From the NCBI GenBank assembly GCA_951406725.2, contig OX597824.1, positions 92,752,001 through 92,816,000 on the forward strand: 64,000 nt of DNA. The letters run 5' to 3'. The stretch comes from Octopus vulgaris. Lineage: Eukaryota. The notes under the pieces were generated by a model that saw only the letters and a program-made list of their open reading frames with translations, made no database searches and was not told the DNA's origin. The stretch's first letter is position 1. The number at the start of each line of letters is the position of its first letter. The position numbers were made by a program, and so were the translations under genes. This document shows positions 26,871 to 40,142 of this stretch, one piece after another.

Positions 26871-27420
26871 GCATTTCTGCACCTTCTAACTCACTGCAGT
26901 GTCAGCTGTTCACTACCAGTGAACTAAGCTAGCAACTCTTACTGTTCGAGCACCTTTTGGAGGGTTCGAACGGTTGCAAGCAGTGCTGTTTTCTGCAAGT
27001 GCTCCACCCTTATTGCTGCCCCTATTTGTTGCACGTACTTCTCGAGATTCTTGTTCACTGTTACCAGGGCTACGACAATTATTGCTACTACTAACACCTT
27101 TTTCATCGACCGCATCTGCTTAACTTCCCAAGCTAACCTGTCATATCTCTCGATCTGTCTTCCTTCCTTATCGCATAACTTGTTGTCAGCTGGTCATGCT
27201 ATATCTATGATCCAGCATTGTTTGCTTTCATTCTTAATTAAGACTACGTCTGGCTTCCTATTCTCTATCTCATGATCGCATTGAATCATAAAATCCCATA
27301 CGATATTTGCATTTCTATTTTCGACGATGCCTTCAGGTTTCTGGTCGTACCAACTTTTTGCTCAGTCAAATCCAAACTTGTTACAAAGTGTCCAATGGAC
27401 AAAATTCCGTGCAGCATGGA
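26871..27420 (-). mobile_element. R4/Dong-type LINE 3' end
   Basis: VHWTLCNKFGFD*AKSWYDQKPEGIVEN..IVWDFMIQCDHEIENRKPDVVLI..WIIDIA*P..RTLQKVLEQ*. Confidence 0.88.
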
Positions 27421-27719
27421 ATTTTATTAGTGAACAGGTCGGGGTCACAAAACGACTGAAATATTTTGGCAAATTGAAATTAAATGTTGAAGTGAATCTA
27501 TCAGTTTTTGTGTGTTTCTTAAGAGGCTTATAAACACCTTCCACGCTGCAATTGTTTTCATTCTAGCACACGATCGCAGATCAAGTTACTTGCTATGCAA
27601 GTACATCTCCGTAATTAGTTAATTTTTTTTTCCTTTTTTTCTACCTAATCAAATATGTTCTCGCAATTGAGGTTTCTTGTTCATGTCAGATGTCATTAAT
27701 ATTAGTAATAGGATCAATA

Positions 27720-28965
27720 GGAATCATCATCATCATCATCATCACTCTCATCATCGTTGTCCTCGTCCTCGCTTCCACCTCATCATATTCACCATCACCA
27801 TCATTCATTTTTACTTAGTCTTTTACTCTAGTACTTGTTCCAGTCATTTGACTGTGGCCATGATGGAGCACCGCATTCTTCTTCTTCTTCTTCTTCTTCT
27901 TCTTCTTCTTCTTCTTCTTCTCCTCCTCCTCCTCCTTTTTCTTTCTCTCCTCCTCCTCCTTCTTCTTCCTCTTCCTCTTCTTCTCCTATATATTCTCGAC
28001 CTCCACTACATGCTTCTCCACCACCACCACCGCCTCCTTCAGCTCCTCTTCTTCATGAACACCATCATCCTCATCCTAATCAGCATCCTCATCGTCATCA
28101 GCGTCATCATCAACATCGGGATCATCACCATCTGCATCATCATCATTATCGTCATCACAAACATCATGACCATTGCCATCACCATCAACCTTATAATCAT
28201 CAACATCATCATCTATCATCGCAACCATCATCATCATTGTCATCATCAGTATCATCATCATCACCAACATCAACATTATAACCATCCTTATCATCATCAC
28301 CGTCGTCATCATCATCACCATTATCATCATCGTTGTCGTCGTCATCATCATCAGCATCCCCCCACCATCATCATCATCATAATCACAACCACCACCATCA
28401 TCATCATCATCATCACCACCACAAACATCATCATCAACGTCATCAGCAGTATCATCATCATCATCATCACCACAACTATCATCATCATCATCATCACCAC
28501 CACCACCACCACCATCATCATCACCACCACAACCATCATCATCATCGTCATCAGCAGTATCATCATCATCACCAACATCATCATTATCACCATCCTCATC
28601 ATCATCACCGTCGTCATCACCATCGCCATTATCATCATCATCATCCTTGTCGTCGTCATCATCATCAGCATCCCCACTATCATCATCATCATCATCACAA
28701 CCACCATCATCATCATCATTATCACCACAACTATCATCATCATCATCATCATCACCACCACCATCATCATCATCAGCATCACCACAACTGTCATCATCAT
28801 CATCATCACAACCACCACCACCATCATCATCACCACCACAACCACCATCATCATCGTCATCAGCAGTATCATCATCACCAACACCATCATTACCACCATC
28901 CTCCTCATCATCACCACTAACACCATCATCATCACCACCACAATCATCATCATCATCATCATCTG
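27720..28965. repeat. Degenerate (CAT/CAC/CTT)n tract with ~308-bp higher-order repeat
   Basis: Unit starts recur near 28240, 28548 and 28856. Confidence 0.85.
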
Positions 28966-29687
28966 TACTAATCTAATCAATACGATCTAACATTAACACC
29001 ACCATTTTTATTGGGTACACTTTCTTTTTCTGTCTGTTGGCGTTTTCTCTCTTTCTCAGCTGCATTTCCATTTCTTTAAAAATTTTCTCAGTTTTTTTTT
29101 TTTCCCCCTTCTTTCCTAGTTCTGGTCGTCTTTTGCAATGATGATAACACAGCATCTTCTAGTAGTGTTCTTTAAAACAAAAACAACCAAAAACAACCTT
29201 CCCGTCGTCTGCTGAAGCAAGCATTCCTCTTCTCTGTCTTTCAATCGAACAAAACTCAACGAGATGATGATAACTACAAATAAGATTATTAGTATGGTCA
29301 AATTTAAATCGTTTTATTGTCTTGGGCTTTTTTCTGTTCTTTCTAATTTTTAAACATTTTTTTCATATAATTTTCACTCTTTAATTTTTGAGAATATTTG
29401 TCTTTTCTTTCCCAACATTTATTATTAAAATAATTTCATTATTAGAAATATTTGACCAAAATCTAATCTAATTTTAAGAACTTTGTGCCTCTTTCACTTT
29501 CTTTAACTTTCTTATTGTTTAGTTTTGCTGGGGTTTTTTTTGTTCTATTTACAAAATTTCTACATTTTTTTTTATTAATTTTATCAATTTACAGATGTCT
29601 CCGTGTCTATTTCTACTAATTCGTATGTGTGTCTGTGATTTCATTGTCTATATATATATGGAAGTATGAGTGTACATAAATATGTAA

Positions 29688-29728
<41 letters not shown>

Positions 29729-29731
29729 TAT

Positions 29732-29790
<59 letters not shown>

Positions 29791-30945
29791 TACATATGTA
29801 TATATATGTGTGTGTGTATATATGTGTGCGTGTATATATATATATATTATGTACGTTTATATGTATATGTACATAAACAGAGAGAATGAGAGATAATCAC
29901 AGACGAAGATAGGCAAGAGGGAGGGAGAGAGATGTACAGTGTAAATAATACAAATATATTGGCGGAAGAATGGGAAAAGTGACGTTGAGATTTTGGACAG
30001 AAATTCTAAAATCGTATACTCTTCTACAGATAGTGAGATATTAAAATCAACTTGTCCTAATTCATATATAGTTACGTAGAGGGAAACGTCTATATATTTT
30101 GTATATATACATTTCTTCATTAATTTATGATTTCCTAAGAGATTTCTGATGTAAATCCTCGCGTGATGTCGACTCCTATCTGTCCGTTCTATTTTCAAGA
30201 CGCATCTGATTTCCATGTCGTGAGGCGTCGTTCTGACTGTACGAATTCATTAGATAAAATAATTTCAATTAAAAATATTTTGTGGTATTTTGGCCATGTG
30301 TCATAAATATGAATTTAATATATATATTATGGCAAGAATTATTACAACTTCCTTGTAAATGTGTTGCGCTCTTACATTGAAAATCTGTCTACAAGTCTCT
30401 CTTTCATATCTCTGTAATTCATTAGTTACACCTTAACATATATTACTCTCAATTACACTGGAGATATACTCCGACATTTTGATGGTAGTTTGCCAAAGTA
30501 AGGAATCTTTATTAAGAAAAAAATTGGCGAAATTACAAAACTATGAGACACTAAGATTGTTTCCGTAATTATGAAGATACGATTCTATTCGTATGCTATC
30601 GTCGTGTGTAATTTTAATTTTGACTTCTGTAAAATCGAGAAATATTCGGTTAATTAAATGAAACATCTTAATCTGAACGACGCAACTAATTTTGTGAGTA
30701 ATATATTGCTGTTTAAGCAACACATTTGCAAATGCTGGGCGTTGACTGATTTTGAACTGCACTCCGTCACTATGCAGCTAATTGTGTGGAATTTTGGGGA
30801 CCACTTTTTAATTGTTTTCGTCGCTTTGAGACCGCGATTTGCTGACTGACAAAATTCAGTGCAACACGGAATTTTGTCAGTGATCAGCAATTGACATTTG
30901 GTTCATGAGAGAGTTTGATGCAGCTGCACTCATCTGCACCTCCTG

Positions 30946-30994
<49 letters not shown>

Positions 30995-30997
30995 TAT

Positions 30998-31151
30998 GAT
31001 GGGGTTCTTCCAGTTCACGTCTACCAAATCTACTCACAAGGGTTTGGTAGGCCAGAGGCTATAGTAGAAGATATATCTGTACCAGGTGCCACGCAGTGGG
31101 ACTGAACACAGAATCATATGGTTGGTAAGCAAATTACTTACCACACAGCCA
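30998..31151 (-). mobile_element. SINE family A, 5' half
   Basis: GTCTACCAAATC..GGTGCCACGCAGTGGGACTGAAC..CTTACCACACAGCCA. Confidence 0.8.
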
Positions 31152-31288
31152 ATGTATACATATATTATATATATATATATATCTCAAGATTGATCAGCCG
31201 AAATTGCTACGATGATCCGGTTCTTGACTGAAGATTGAAGGCTTCGAATGTCCGTGTTTCTTGTCCCAGTTTGTATTTTTCTACATAT

Positions 31289-31357
<69 letters not shown>

Positions 31358-31378
31358 TGTGATGTGTGTGTATAGAGC

Positions 31379-31443
<65 letters not shown>

Positions 31444-32203
31444 GATAGATGGATGGATAGAAAGATTGATAGATAAGTAGGTGGATAGTTAGATAGATAG
31501 ATAAATAGATAGATAGATAGATTGATTGATAGATAGTTAGATAGATGGATAGATAGATAATAGACATATATATAAGAATATATGGCATCAGAAGGGCAAA
31601 TAAATGAAAAATGTAGAATGAGAATGATTTAAAGTTGAGAGAGGTATCTAGAGACTAGCAGAACATATACTGCAGTTCCTTTAAAACACAGGAGCTCCCC
31701 AAACCTCGAAAATCTATACACATGGCCATGGAACAATTTCAGTGATTTCTACACCTGAACGTGTTTGATTTATTGAGCCGTCGGGCTTAATAAACAATAA
31801 GACTATCATGTAAATCAAATTCATTGTCTGCAGTGATAGATGTGTAAGTATTAGTTGTATTATTATTATTATTATTATTATTATTGCTATTTCTGTCCCG
31901 TGTCTGGCTGTCTGCACGTCTCGCGCTTTCTGCGTTTCCGTCTAACTCATGCTATCTCTTTTTCATCGCATAAAGATATATATGTATCTATAAACACACA
32001 CACAAATACGTGCATGTATATATGCGAATACACACTCACATATATACATACACACAAACACACGCATATATATAATTATATATATGTATATATATATATG
32101 TATATATACACCTACAATTATTATTTATATGCATGTAATAATAAGATATATATATGAATATTTATACACCTATACATATATACATGTCTATATATATATA
32201 TAA

Positions 32204-32249
<46 letters not shown>

Positions 32250-32606
32250 CTACGCATACATATAATAATATGTATGTATATATATATATATCAGTATATA
32301 TATGAGTGTGTGTGTGAGTGTGTGTGTAAATACAAATAAAGTTGGTGTGGAAGTGAGAGAGTGTGAAGGAGATATATGGGGAGGAATAAATGTCTCTGAG
32401 TGCAGTAATGTTAAGATGTATGGATCTACACCTGTATATATCATTAGCTTCTATCGTTAATCTTAAATTTGCATTGTGATATACGCAGCCTATCGGCAGA
32501 CACACACGGCCATCTTTATTCAGAAAAGTTTCCACACACTTTAATATGTAGACATGCGTACTGGCTTACACACACATGAAGACATGTATATAAGAATACA
32601 TATATA

Positions 32607-32649
<43 letters not shown>

Positions 32650-32778
32650 ATATATGTTCTGTGTGTGAGAGAGTGTGTGTGTATGTGTGTTTGTGTATAG
32701 ATGAACATAGGTGTGCCTGCGTGTGCGTCTCTATTTTCGTCTCCCTAGATATAACAATATGTATATAATATATCTATC

Positions 32779-32829
<51 letters not shown>

Positions 32830-33951
32830 GTATATATATATATATATATATATGCATGTGCATATGTGTGTGTGTGTGTGTGTATGAATGTGGTTATGTA
32901 TATATGAAATCTTATGTATTCGTTCGTGATTTTTGTCTAATAATATTCAGGTTAACTTTCGTAGCAGCGAGTGGTCGTCTATACATCACATCTCTCAGAA
33001 ATTCCATCAGGTTACAAACTGATTTATTATTCTTTGTTAGCAAATCAACGCACCTTCTACTTCTGTTGTGTGAAATCTATCTTAACAGCCTCATTTTTTT
33101 TCTACCAGTTATGATTTCGCTTAGCACGGGATCTGCTACCACGAATTTGGCAATTCTCATTTGTATACTGTTATTTATATCGTGTATTTCTCTGTAGAAT
33201 TCTTATAGTGCAAACTTTTCCCATTTGTAACATTTTGAGACATAGACTTGTGTCATTGAATTTTCGGACAGGGATTTCAATATCGTCTCGACTAGCATTT
33301 AAGTGTGTTAGTATTTTTATGGTGACTGTTCAACTATGTACAGCATTACCTTGAGCAGGGCTATAAATCTTCCACTGTGCTGAGAATGGTAACTTTAAAA
33401 AGTAACTAAGTGCATTACTTTCCGAATTTATTCTTTTAGTAAGGGTACATGGACATAAAATTCTTTGCAGTTTAACTAAACGTTCAAATAGATCGTTATA
33501 CTGACAGAACACTCCAGTGAAATTCAAGTAGGAAAAACATTTTCAGGGTCATATTTACTTTTTATATTAGCATTAGAATAAGCTTTATAAGAAAATTGTA
33601 TTTACTATAAAATGTTCCAATGTAATATGCATATTTGTGTATATTTATATGCACAGATTGGGTGTTCATGTATGTATATATGTTTGTATGCTTAAAATTA
33701 TTGAGATGTGCTCAAATGCGTTCTTTTTCAGAGAGATATTTGTGGTTATTTTAAATCACCCATCATACTATTTGCTCATTCCATCAAGCAATCATACATA
33801 TCTTCATATTCTTCTTAAGTGAAGAAACGCATCAGGCAATTCCATATAGAGTTTTTAAATGGACAAACCTTGTTACTCTTATTTTATAGCACGCCATTAC
33901 TCCGATAAAGACGTGTTCTACTTTATGCAGATCCAGCTTTATACCGTATAG

Positions 33952-34318
33952 TGGAGGCGCAATGTTTCAGTGGTTGTGGCAGCGGACTCGCGGCCCTGAG
34001 ATCGCGATTTCAATTCCCAGACATGGCGTTGTGAGTGTTTATTGAGCAAAATCATATAAAGCTCCACGAGGCTCCGGCAGGAGACGGTGGTGAAACTTGC
34101 TGTACTCTTTCACCACAACTTTCACAATTTCTTCCTGATTCTACTGTACCTGTATTTGAAATGGACCAACCCTGTCACACTCTGAATCTCGCCAAGAACT
34201 ACATTATGGGTATACGTGTCTGTAGAGCGCTTAGCCACTTGCACGTTAATTTCACGAGCAGGCTGTTCCATTGATCGGTTCAAATGGAGCCTTCCTCGTC
34301 GTAACCGACAGAATACCA
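33952..34318 (+). mobile_element. SINE family B, diverged
   Basis: TGGAGGCGCAATG..GCAGCGGACTCGCGG..GTTAATTTCACGAGCAGGCTGTTCC. Confidence 0.88.
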
Positions 34319-34499
34319 CCGTTTAAATTTGAAATTTGTCGTGATTTCTGCCCCAAATACAATTTGATACATTTGGCTCCCGGTGAAGACAAAACCAGAC
34401 AGAAATCTCACCGATGCAAGCAATCTTGCCGTTTAAACATGACGTCAGATTTCATGTTTGATTTCTTTCGTACTAGGTTATCTGTCTCACGATTCTTGC

Positions 34500-35165
34500 C
34501 ATAAAAGAAAACCAAAACGGATATTGGTCGCCGGTTTCCATATAGAATAAGTAGTTCAATTAGTGATAAACATTTCCATATAATTCTAACTTTCGAACGT
34601 AACCGAATATTACTATTTTTTGACAACCTAGAGAAGGTGTGCGTAAAATATTTGAATAAATTCTAAGCATGCCAAAAGATGGCTGAGTGACATGTTGTTC
34701 TTTTATGGAAGGCTCTGACAACAAAAGAATAATGTATCATAAATTCCGTGCATACTGTTGCGATTATACATATCGCAAATAATGATTTGAGGTGTCTGTT
34801 ATTTTATCGGTGGTGACACATCGAAAGAGGTACAATCGAATGCAACAGTAATCATATTTTCTGATAAAGTCTTGCAACAGCAGGCTTTACTGTTACGATT
34901 TTACCGTGCTCGGGGTACGCCTTTCTTCTCTACTTTCTCACCACTGTGCCTTAGAATACAGTCTCCTTTAGAGTTATGCTGATGTTCATTTTCCCTTCGC
35001 TTTGTTATAATGGGATCCAATAATAAGGCTTCTGTTTATTTGCATTAATTTACTTTTTATCCTGAAGTTCTTGTACAAGTTTAATTTCTTTGGCGATCCC
35101 CAAGCCGTCTATACATTTTAGCTATTGTGAAGACTTCTATCTATTGAAGAATTTTTGTAGAGGAT
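34500..35165 (-). mobile_element. Possible heavily decayed PLE reverse transcriptase
   Basis: Across frameshifts: SIDRSLHNS, ITLKETVF/RHSGEKVEKKGVP, VKPAVARLY, YLRYV*, IWKPATN, in RT motif order. Confidence 0.4.
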
Positions 35166-35201
35166 AAAATAATTGCCTATACACGCAAGCATACGTTTCT
35201 A

Positions 35202-35323
<122 letters not shown>

Positions 35324-35331
35324 TATATATA

Positions 35332-35369
<38 letters not shown>

Positions 35370-35380
35370 TATATATATAT

Positions 35381-35538
35381 ACGGGCTTCTTTCAGTTTCC
35401 GTCTGCCAAATTCACTCACAATGCTTTGGTCGGCCCGAGGCTATAGTATGAGATACTTTCCCAAGGTGCCACACGGTGGGATTGAACCCGGAACCATGTG
35501 GTTGGTAAGCAAGTTACCACACAGCCACTCCTGAGCCT
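35381..35538 (-). mobile_element. SINE family A, 5' half
   Basis: GGGCTTCTTTCAGTTTCCGTC..ACCACACAGCCACTCCTG. Confidence 0.85.
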
Positions 35539-36247
35539 ACATATATATAAAATTCGTCAAACCCTACTCCGTTTCAACGCACTCCAGCAATTAAGTAAAC
35601 GCTGTAAAAAAGCATTTGAATTGAAACAGAACCTAATTGAAATCTACAAAGTTCCCTCAAATTATAGGCCTTAAAATTGCGTTGGGTTGTCCTGTATGAA
35701 CTTGCACTTTTGGAGTGCCTTTGCTCTTCCTACTGTTTGATCATCACTGATATAAAAGTAAGCTTCAGTAACGCCATGTTTCCAGCAATGTAACGAGATG
35801 AAAGTGAATGAATTGTTCATATTTCAGCGTGTATATGTGTGTAGAATTTAGAGTAAATGTAATTAGTTCCATGCACACATCTCTCACAGCCGTTCAGTCA
35901 GGACTGTGCATTGTTTGTATCAGGTTCTATACTTACATATTCATTGACTTTTTTCTGTTTTTGTGTTTGTTCTCTCTTCATATGAAATACATCAGATGCA
36001 CTTGGCAGTGAGTCACTTTAAATAAATAGGCTTCATGCGAACTTCCTTGATATCCCGCATGAAACATGTTATATCATACACACGCACGCACACACACACA
36101 TATATATATATATATATGTATGTATGTGTGCGTTTGTGCTTGTGAGTATGTGTGTGTGCGTGCGTGGGTATGCATGTATATATGAGATATATATATATAT
36201 ACATGCGTATTCATATATATGTGTGTGTGTATATATATATGAATATA

Positions 36248-36460
36248 TATATAATATAATTCGAGACAAAACCACTATTTTAAAACCAAACAAGAAAAGA
36301 CTTAATCAATACATAAAATTTTAATATAAATTAAATAAACCGCCACAACAATTGTTTTGTCTCGAATTATATTATATAATATTTTACTATAAAATTGGAT
36401 TTAACCCTAAATCTGATTTTTCCCTGTAATTTTGGATTCATTCCCTAATATTTATTATTA
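36248..36460. mobile_element. TA-flanked module with 25-bp perfect inverted repeat (36248-36272 / 36354-36378)
   Basis: TATATAATATAATTCGAGACAAAAC and its reverse complement; ends TTCCCTAATATTTATTATT. Confidence 0.55.
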
Positions 36461-37064
36461 TGAATATATATATATATTTATATATATACAACATATATGT
36501 ATATGTGTGTGTGCGTGTGTGTATCTCTGTATGTGTGTGTGTAGGTATATATATGTATGTATGTATGTATGTATTAGATTTTTCATATTAGAAATATGAA
36601 TAATCTTTACTAGCTGCGCACAATAAACTATGGCATATGAATCTTCTAGACATATGTGTAATTTTTTCTATCTTTATGATTCATCAAAATATTTACAATG
36701 TTTAACTAGTTGAAACGTGCTTCGCCTCTAATCCCTAGAAATGAAATCCCGTGCTACTGTTATATCTATGTTGCTTATGCTTATGTCACGTTGTTACAAT
36801 AACTCATAATCTCTTTCACACGTGTAACCATTTGTTAATATGTACGTATATATACATCCATACTGAAACACGCACAAATCCAAACACACTGTCACACATA
36901 TATGCACAAACAGTCACACATCCAGACACATTCAGCCACATGTACATATATACACACATGCGCATGCACATACACAAGGTATTCTATATATTTCTAGTGA
37001 GAAAGTTACACTTGAAACCTTTTTCATTGTAACTCCACTTAACGGTCTTGCTTAAGCCGAATTG

Positions 37065-37375
37065 CCAATGTTTTTTTTACAGAGAAAGTGGGGCGTGCGT
37101 TATGGTGGGTGGTGAAGTGAGTGAGTGGTTTGATATGAAAGTGGAGATCAGACAGGGTTGTGTGATATCTCTGCGGTTGTTTAATTTATATAAGGATGAT
37201 GTGGTGAGAGAGGTAAATATTGGAACCCTTGTTAGGGGAGCCCAAATCGTGGGAGAAGATGGAGAGAAATGGCAGGTGAGTCAGTTGTTGTTTGCTGATG
37301 ATCGAGCAAGCGCGGCGGATTCGGAAGAGCAATTGAGGAGAATAGTGGTAGAGTTTGGAAGAGTGTGTGAGAGAC
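37065..37375 (+). mobile_element. RTE-clade LINE reverse transcriptase fragment
   Basis: SEWFDMKVEIRQGCVISLRLFNLYKDDVVREVN..VSQLLFADD..DSEEQLRRIVVEFGRVCER. Confidence 0.88.
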
Positions 37376-37575
37376 ATCCTATAAACTGCAGGAAGCAGGG
37401 TCCCAAGGTTTACGCTAAGTCAGCCTTCAGATTGAACCACAGTAATGACTCTTTGAAATTCAGGCAGTCCCAAGGAAATCTTTTGTATGTGGCATGATCA
37501 AGCAGGTAAATATAGAACTTGAAACCTTTTCAAGTTAAAATAAACATACAATGATGTTTTATGTGGTGTTATAAG

Positions 37576-37947
37576 TGGAGGCGCAATGGCCCAGTGGTTA
37601 GGGCAGCGGACTCGCGGTCGTAGGATCGCGGTTTCGATTCCCAGACTGGGCGTTGTGAGTGTTTATTGAGCGAAAACACCTAAAGCTCCACGGGGATAGT
37701 GGTGATCCCTGCTGTACTCTTTCACCACAACTTTCTCTCACTCTTACTTCCTGTTTCTGTTTTACCTGTATTTCAAAGGGCCGGCCTTGTCACTCTCTGT
37801 GTCACGCTGAATATCCCCGAGAACTACGTTAAGGGTACACGTGTCTGTGGAGTGCTCAACCACTTACACGTTAATTTCACGAGCAGGCTGTTCCGTTGAT
37901 TCGGATCAACCGGAACCCTCGTCGTCGTAACCGACGGAGTGCTTCCA
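37576..37947 (+). mobile_element. SINE family B with 12-bp TSD
   Basis: Closely similar to 18543-18927; TSD ATGTGGTGTTAT at 37561-37572 and 37947-37958. Confidence 0.92.
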
Positions 37948-38643
37948 TGTGGTGTTATGTCATGTGTATATATATATACATATATATACATATATATATG
38001 CGCCAAAGTCACTGACTGCATTTTAATTGTGGACCATTGCTTAAATAATATATTCTATAATTATATAAAAGCAGTGTTTCGTAACATCCTATACATAGGC
38101 ATATGTGTGTATATGTGCTAGTGTGTTTGTATATGTACGAATATAACTGTGCGTGTATGTGTGCGTGCGCATGTGTATCTGTGTGTATTCTCGAAAAAAT
38201 ACAATTGCTTTTTTTTTTTCTTTCATTCATCATCAACTTATAATGATCGAATCTAAATATAGTCCCCAAACAGGAAACACTCTTCAAATGTTTTGAAAAA
38301 GCCAAATATCGATATTCAAAATTAAAATCTGCAGGAAATCATTGAAGTACCTCCAGGGAGTATTGGAGGAACCATTTGCCAAACAAATGAATGTCTGAGG
38401 AGATTGAGAATATGTTATTACCTGAAATTTAGAATAAGTGAATAGCAATAATTCATTGGAGACATGACCATGTCTAGCTCTCTGACCTCGGGTTACGTTA
38501 CAAGACCAAAACACCATTGCAGTTTTTCGTTCGTCTATTTATAACGATTACCTGTGCAGTACTTGCTCATGGTTTCTACCATTCTTTATAATTATCCAAT
38601 ACAAAATTGGTTGATTTGCTTATTTACTAATATATATATATAT

Positions 38644-38729
<86 letters not shown>

Positions 38730-38733
<4 letters not shown>

Positions 38734-38930
38734 AAAGTTTAAGAAAAGGACAAGAGACGAAGACAGGTAGTGTACAAAACAAACAGATGTATTAGTATAA
38801 CGCTCAGGAATAGAAAAAAGTCTTTTACGTTTCGAGCCTACGCTCTTCTACAGAAAGGTACACAGAAAAAACAAGGAGAGAAAGAAGGAGAGGAAAAATG
38901 TGTGTAGTGGCTAACGATCTATCATGGTGT
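38730..38930 (-). mobile_element. TA-flanked PLE pLTR-like module with minimal hammerhead-like motif (38822-38857)
   Basis: CTTT CTGTAGA A GAGC-GTAG-GCTC GAAAC GTA AAAG. Confidence 0.7.
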
Positions 38931-38989
38931 CTATATATATATATATATATATACGTGTGTGTGTCTATCTGTCTGTCTGTCTGTGTATA

Positions 38990-39077
38990 CTGCTACTTAG
39001 AGTTTCGCGTTTCCGTTCGTCGGACGATAGTGATCATGTCTTGGCCAACAGCGGGAATGTGAAACTCTGAGTAACAG
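38990..39077. ncRNA. Inverted pair of hammerhead-like sequences
   Basis: Minus: GT CCGACGA ACG-GAAA-CGC GAAAC TCTAA GTA GC. Plus: GCG-GGAA-TGT GAAAC TCTGA GTA ACAG. Confidence 0.55.
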
Positions 39078-39210
39078 TTTTATCGTGTTTTTACAGCTTT
39101 AATTAAAAAGCCATGTTACTCTACCTTTGCTATTCGAGTGCTATTTTTCCTACCTTGTTTTGCATGCATGTGCTTATTTGTGTATATATATATATATAAA
39201 TATATATGTC

Positions 39211-39269
<59 letters not shown>

Positions 39270-39336
39270 ATGCATGTATTTATTTATGTATGTATGTATG
39301 TATGGATGGATGGATCGATGGATCGATGCATATATA

Positions 39337-39820
39337 AAGGCACGGTGGTAAGTGCGATGGTTAGATGCTTGCTCCCCAAACACATGCGTCTGTGTTCAGT
39401 CCCACTGCGTGGCACCTTGAGCAGGTGTCATCTACAATAGCCTCGGGCCGACCAAAGAATTGTGACTGGATTTGTAAAGACGGGAAATTGGAAGAAGCCC
39501 TTCGTATATATGTGAGTGTGTGTATGTATATGTGAGTGTGTGTGTGTGTGTGTATATGTGAGTGTGTGTGTGTATGTATGTGTGAGTGTGTGTGTGTGAG
39601 CATGTGTGTTTACATATATACGTATTTGTATGTCTATGTCCCACCCACTATCACTTGACAACCGATGTTAGTGTGTGTACATCCCCGAAACGTAGCGGTT
39701 CGGAAAATGAGCCCAACGGAATAAGTACTAGGCTTACAAAGAATAAGTTGCCTAGTTCAATTTTTTCGACTAAAGGCGGTACTGCAGCATGGTCACAGTC
39801 ATATGACTGAAAAAAGTACA
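39337..39820 (+). mobile_element. SINE family A, full length
   Basis: Head, TG tract, tail CGACTAAAGGCGGTACTGCAGCATGG. Confidence 0.88.
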
Positions 39821-39850
39821 AAAATAAAAGAATATATATATATATATATA

Positions 39851-40021
39851 GGCGCAGGAGTGGCTGTGTGGTAAGTAGCTTGTTTACCAACCACATGCTT
39901 CCGGGTTCAGTCCCACTGCGTGGCACCTTGGGCAAGTGTCTTCTACTATAGCCTCGGGCCGACCAAAGCCTTGTGAGTGGATTTGGTAGACGGAAACTGA
40001 AAGAAGCCCGCCGTATATATG

Positions 40022-40064
<43 letters not shown>

Positions 40065-40142
40065 CTGTGTATGTGTTTGTGTGTCTGTGTTTGTCCTCCT
40101 AGCATTGCTTAACAATCAATGCTGGTGTGTTTATGTCCCCGT
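39851..40142 (+). mobile_element. SINE family A, well-preserved, 3' truncated
   Basis: GGCGCAGGAGTGGCTGTGTGGTAAGTAGC..CCTTGGGCAAGTG..GGTAGACGGAAACTGAAAGAAGCCCG. Confidence 0.92.

Noticed and set aside
27677-28990. 437-aa and other long ORFs; also all YI/HT/LS/poly-I ORFs in the track
   Set aside because: They are stop-free translations of microsatellites with no domain content
32945-33530. Possible MULE transposase C-terminus or host exon on the minus strand
   Set aside because: Only vague resemblance, with stops in the frames read
37294-37330. CTGATGA as a hammerhead core
   Set aside because: It encodes the RT FADD motif, and there is no GAAA or stem set
37576-37655. tRNA gene
   Set aside because: It is the tRNA-like head of a SINE, continuing into the SINE body and bounded by a TSD
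38391-38445. CTGAGGA..GAAATTTAGAATA candidate
   Set aside because: Stems I and II do not pair
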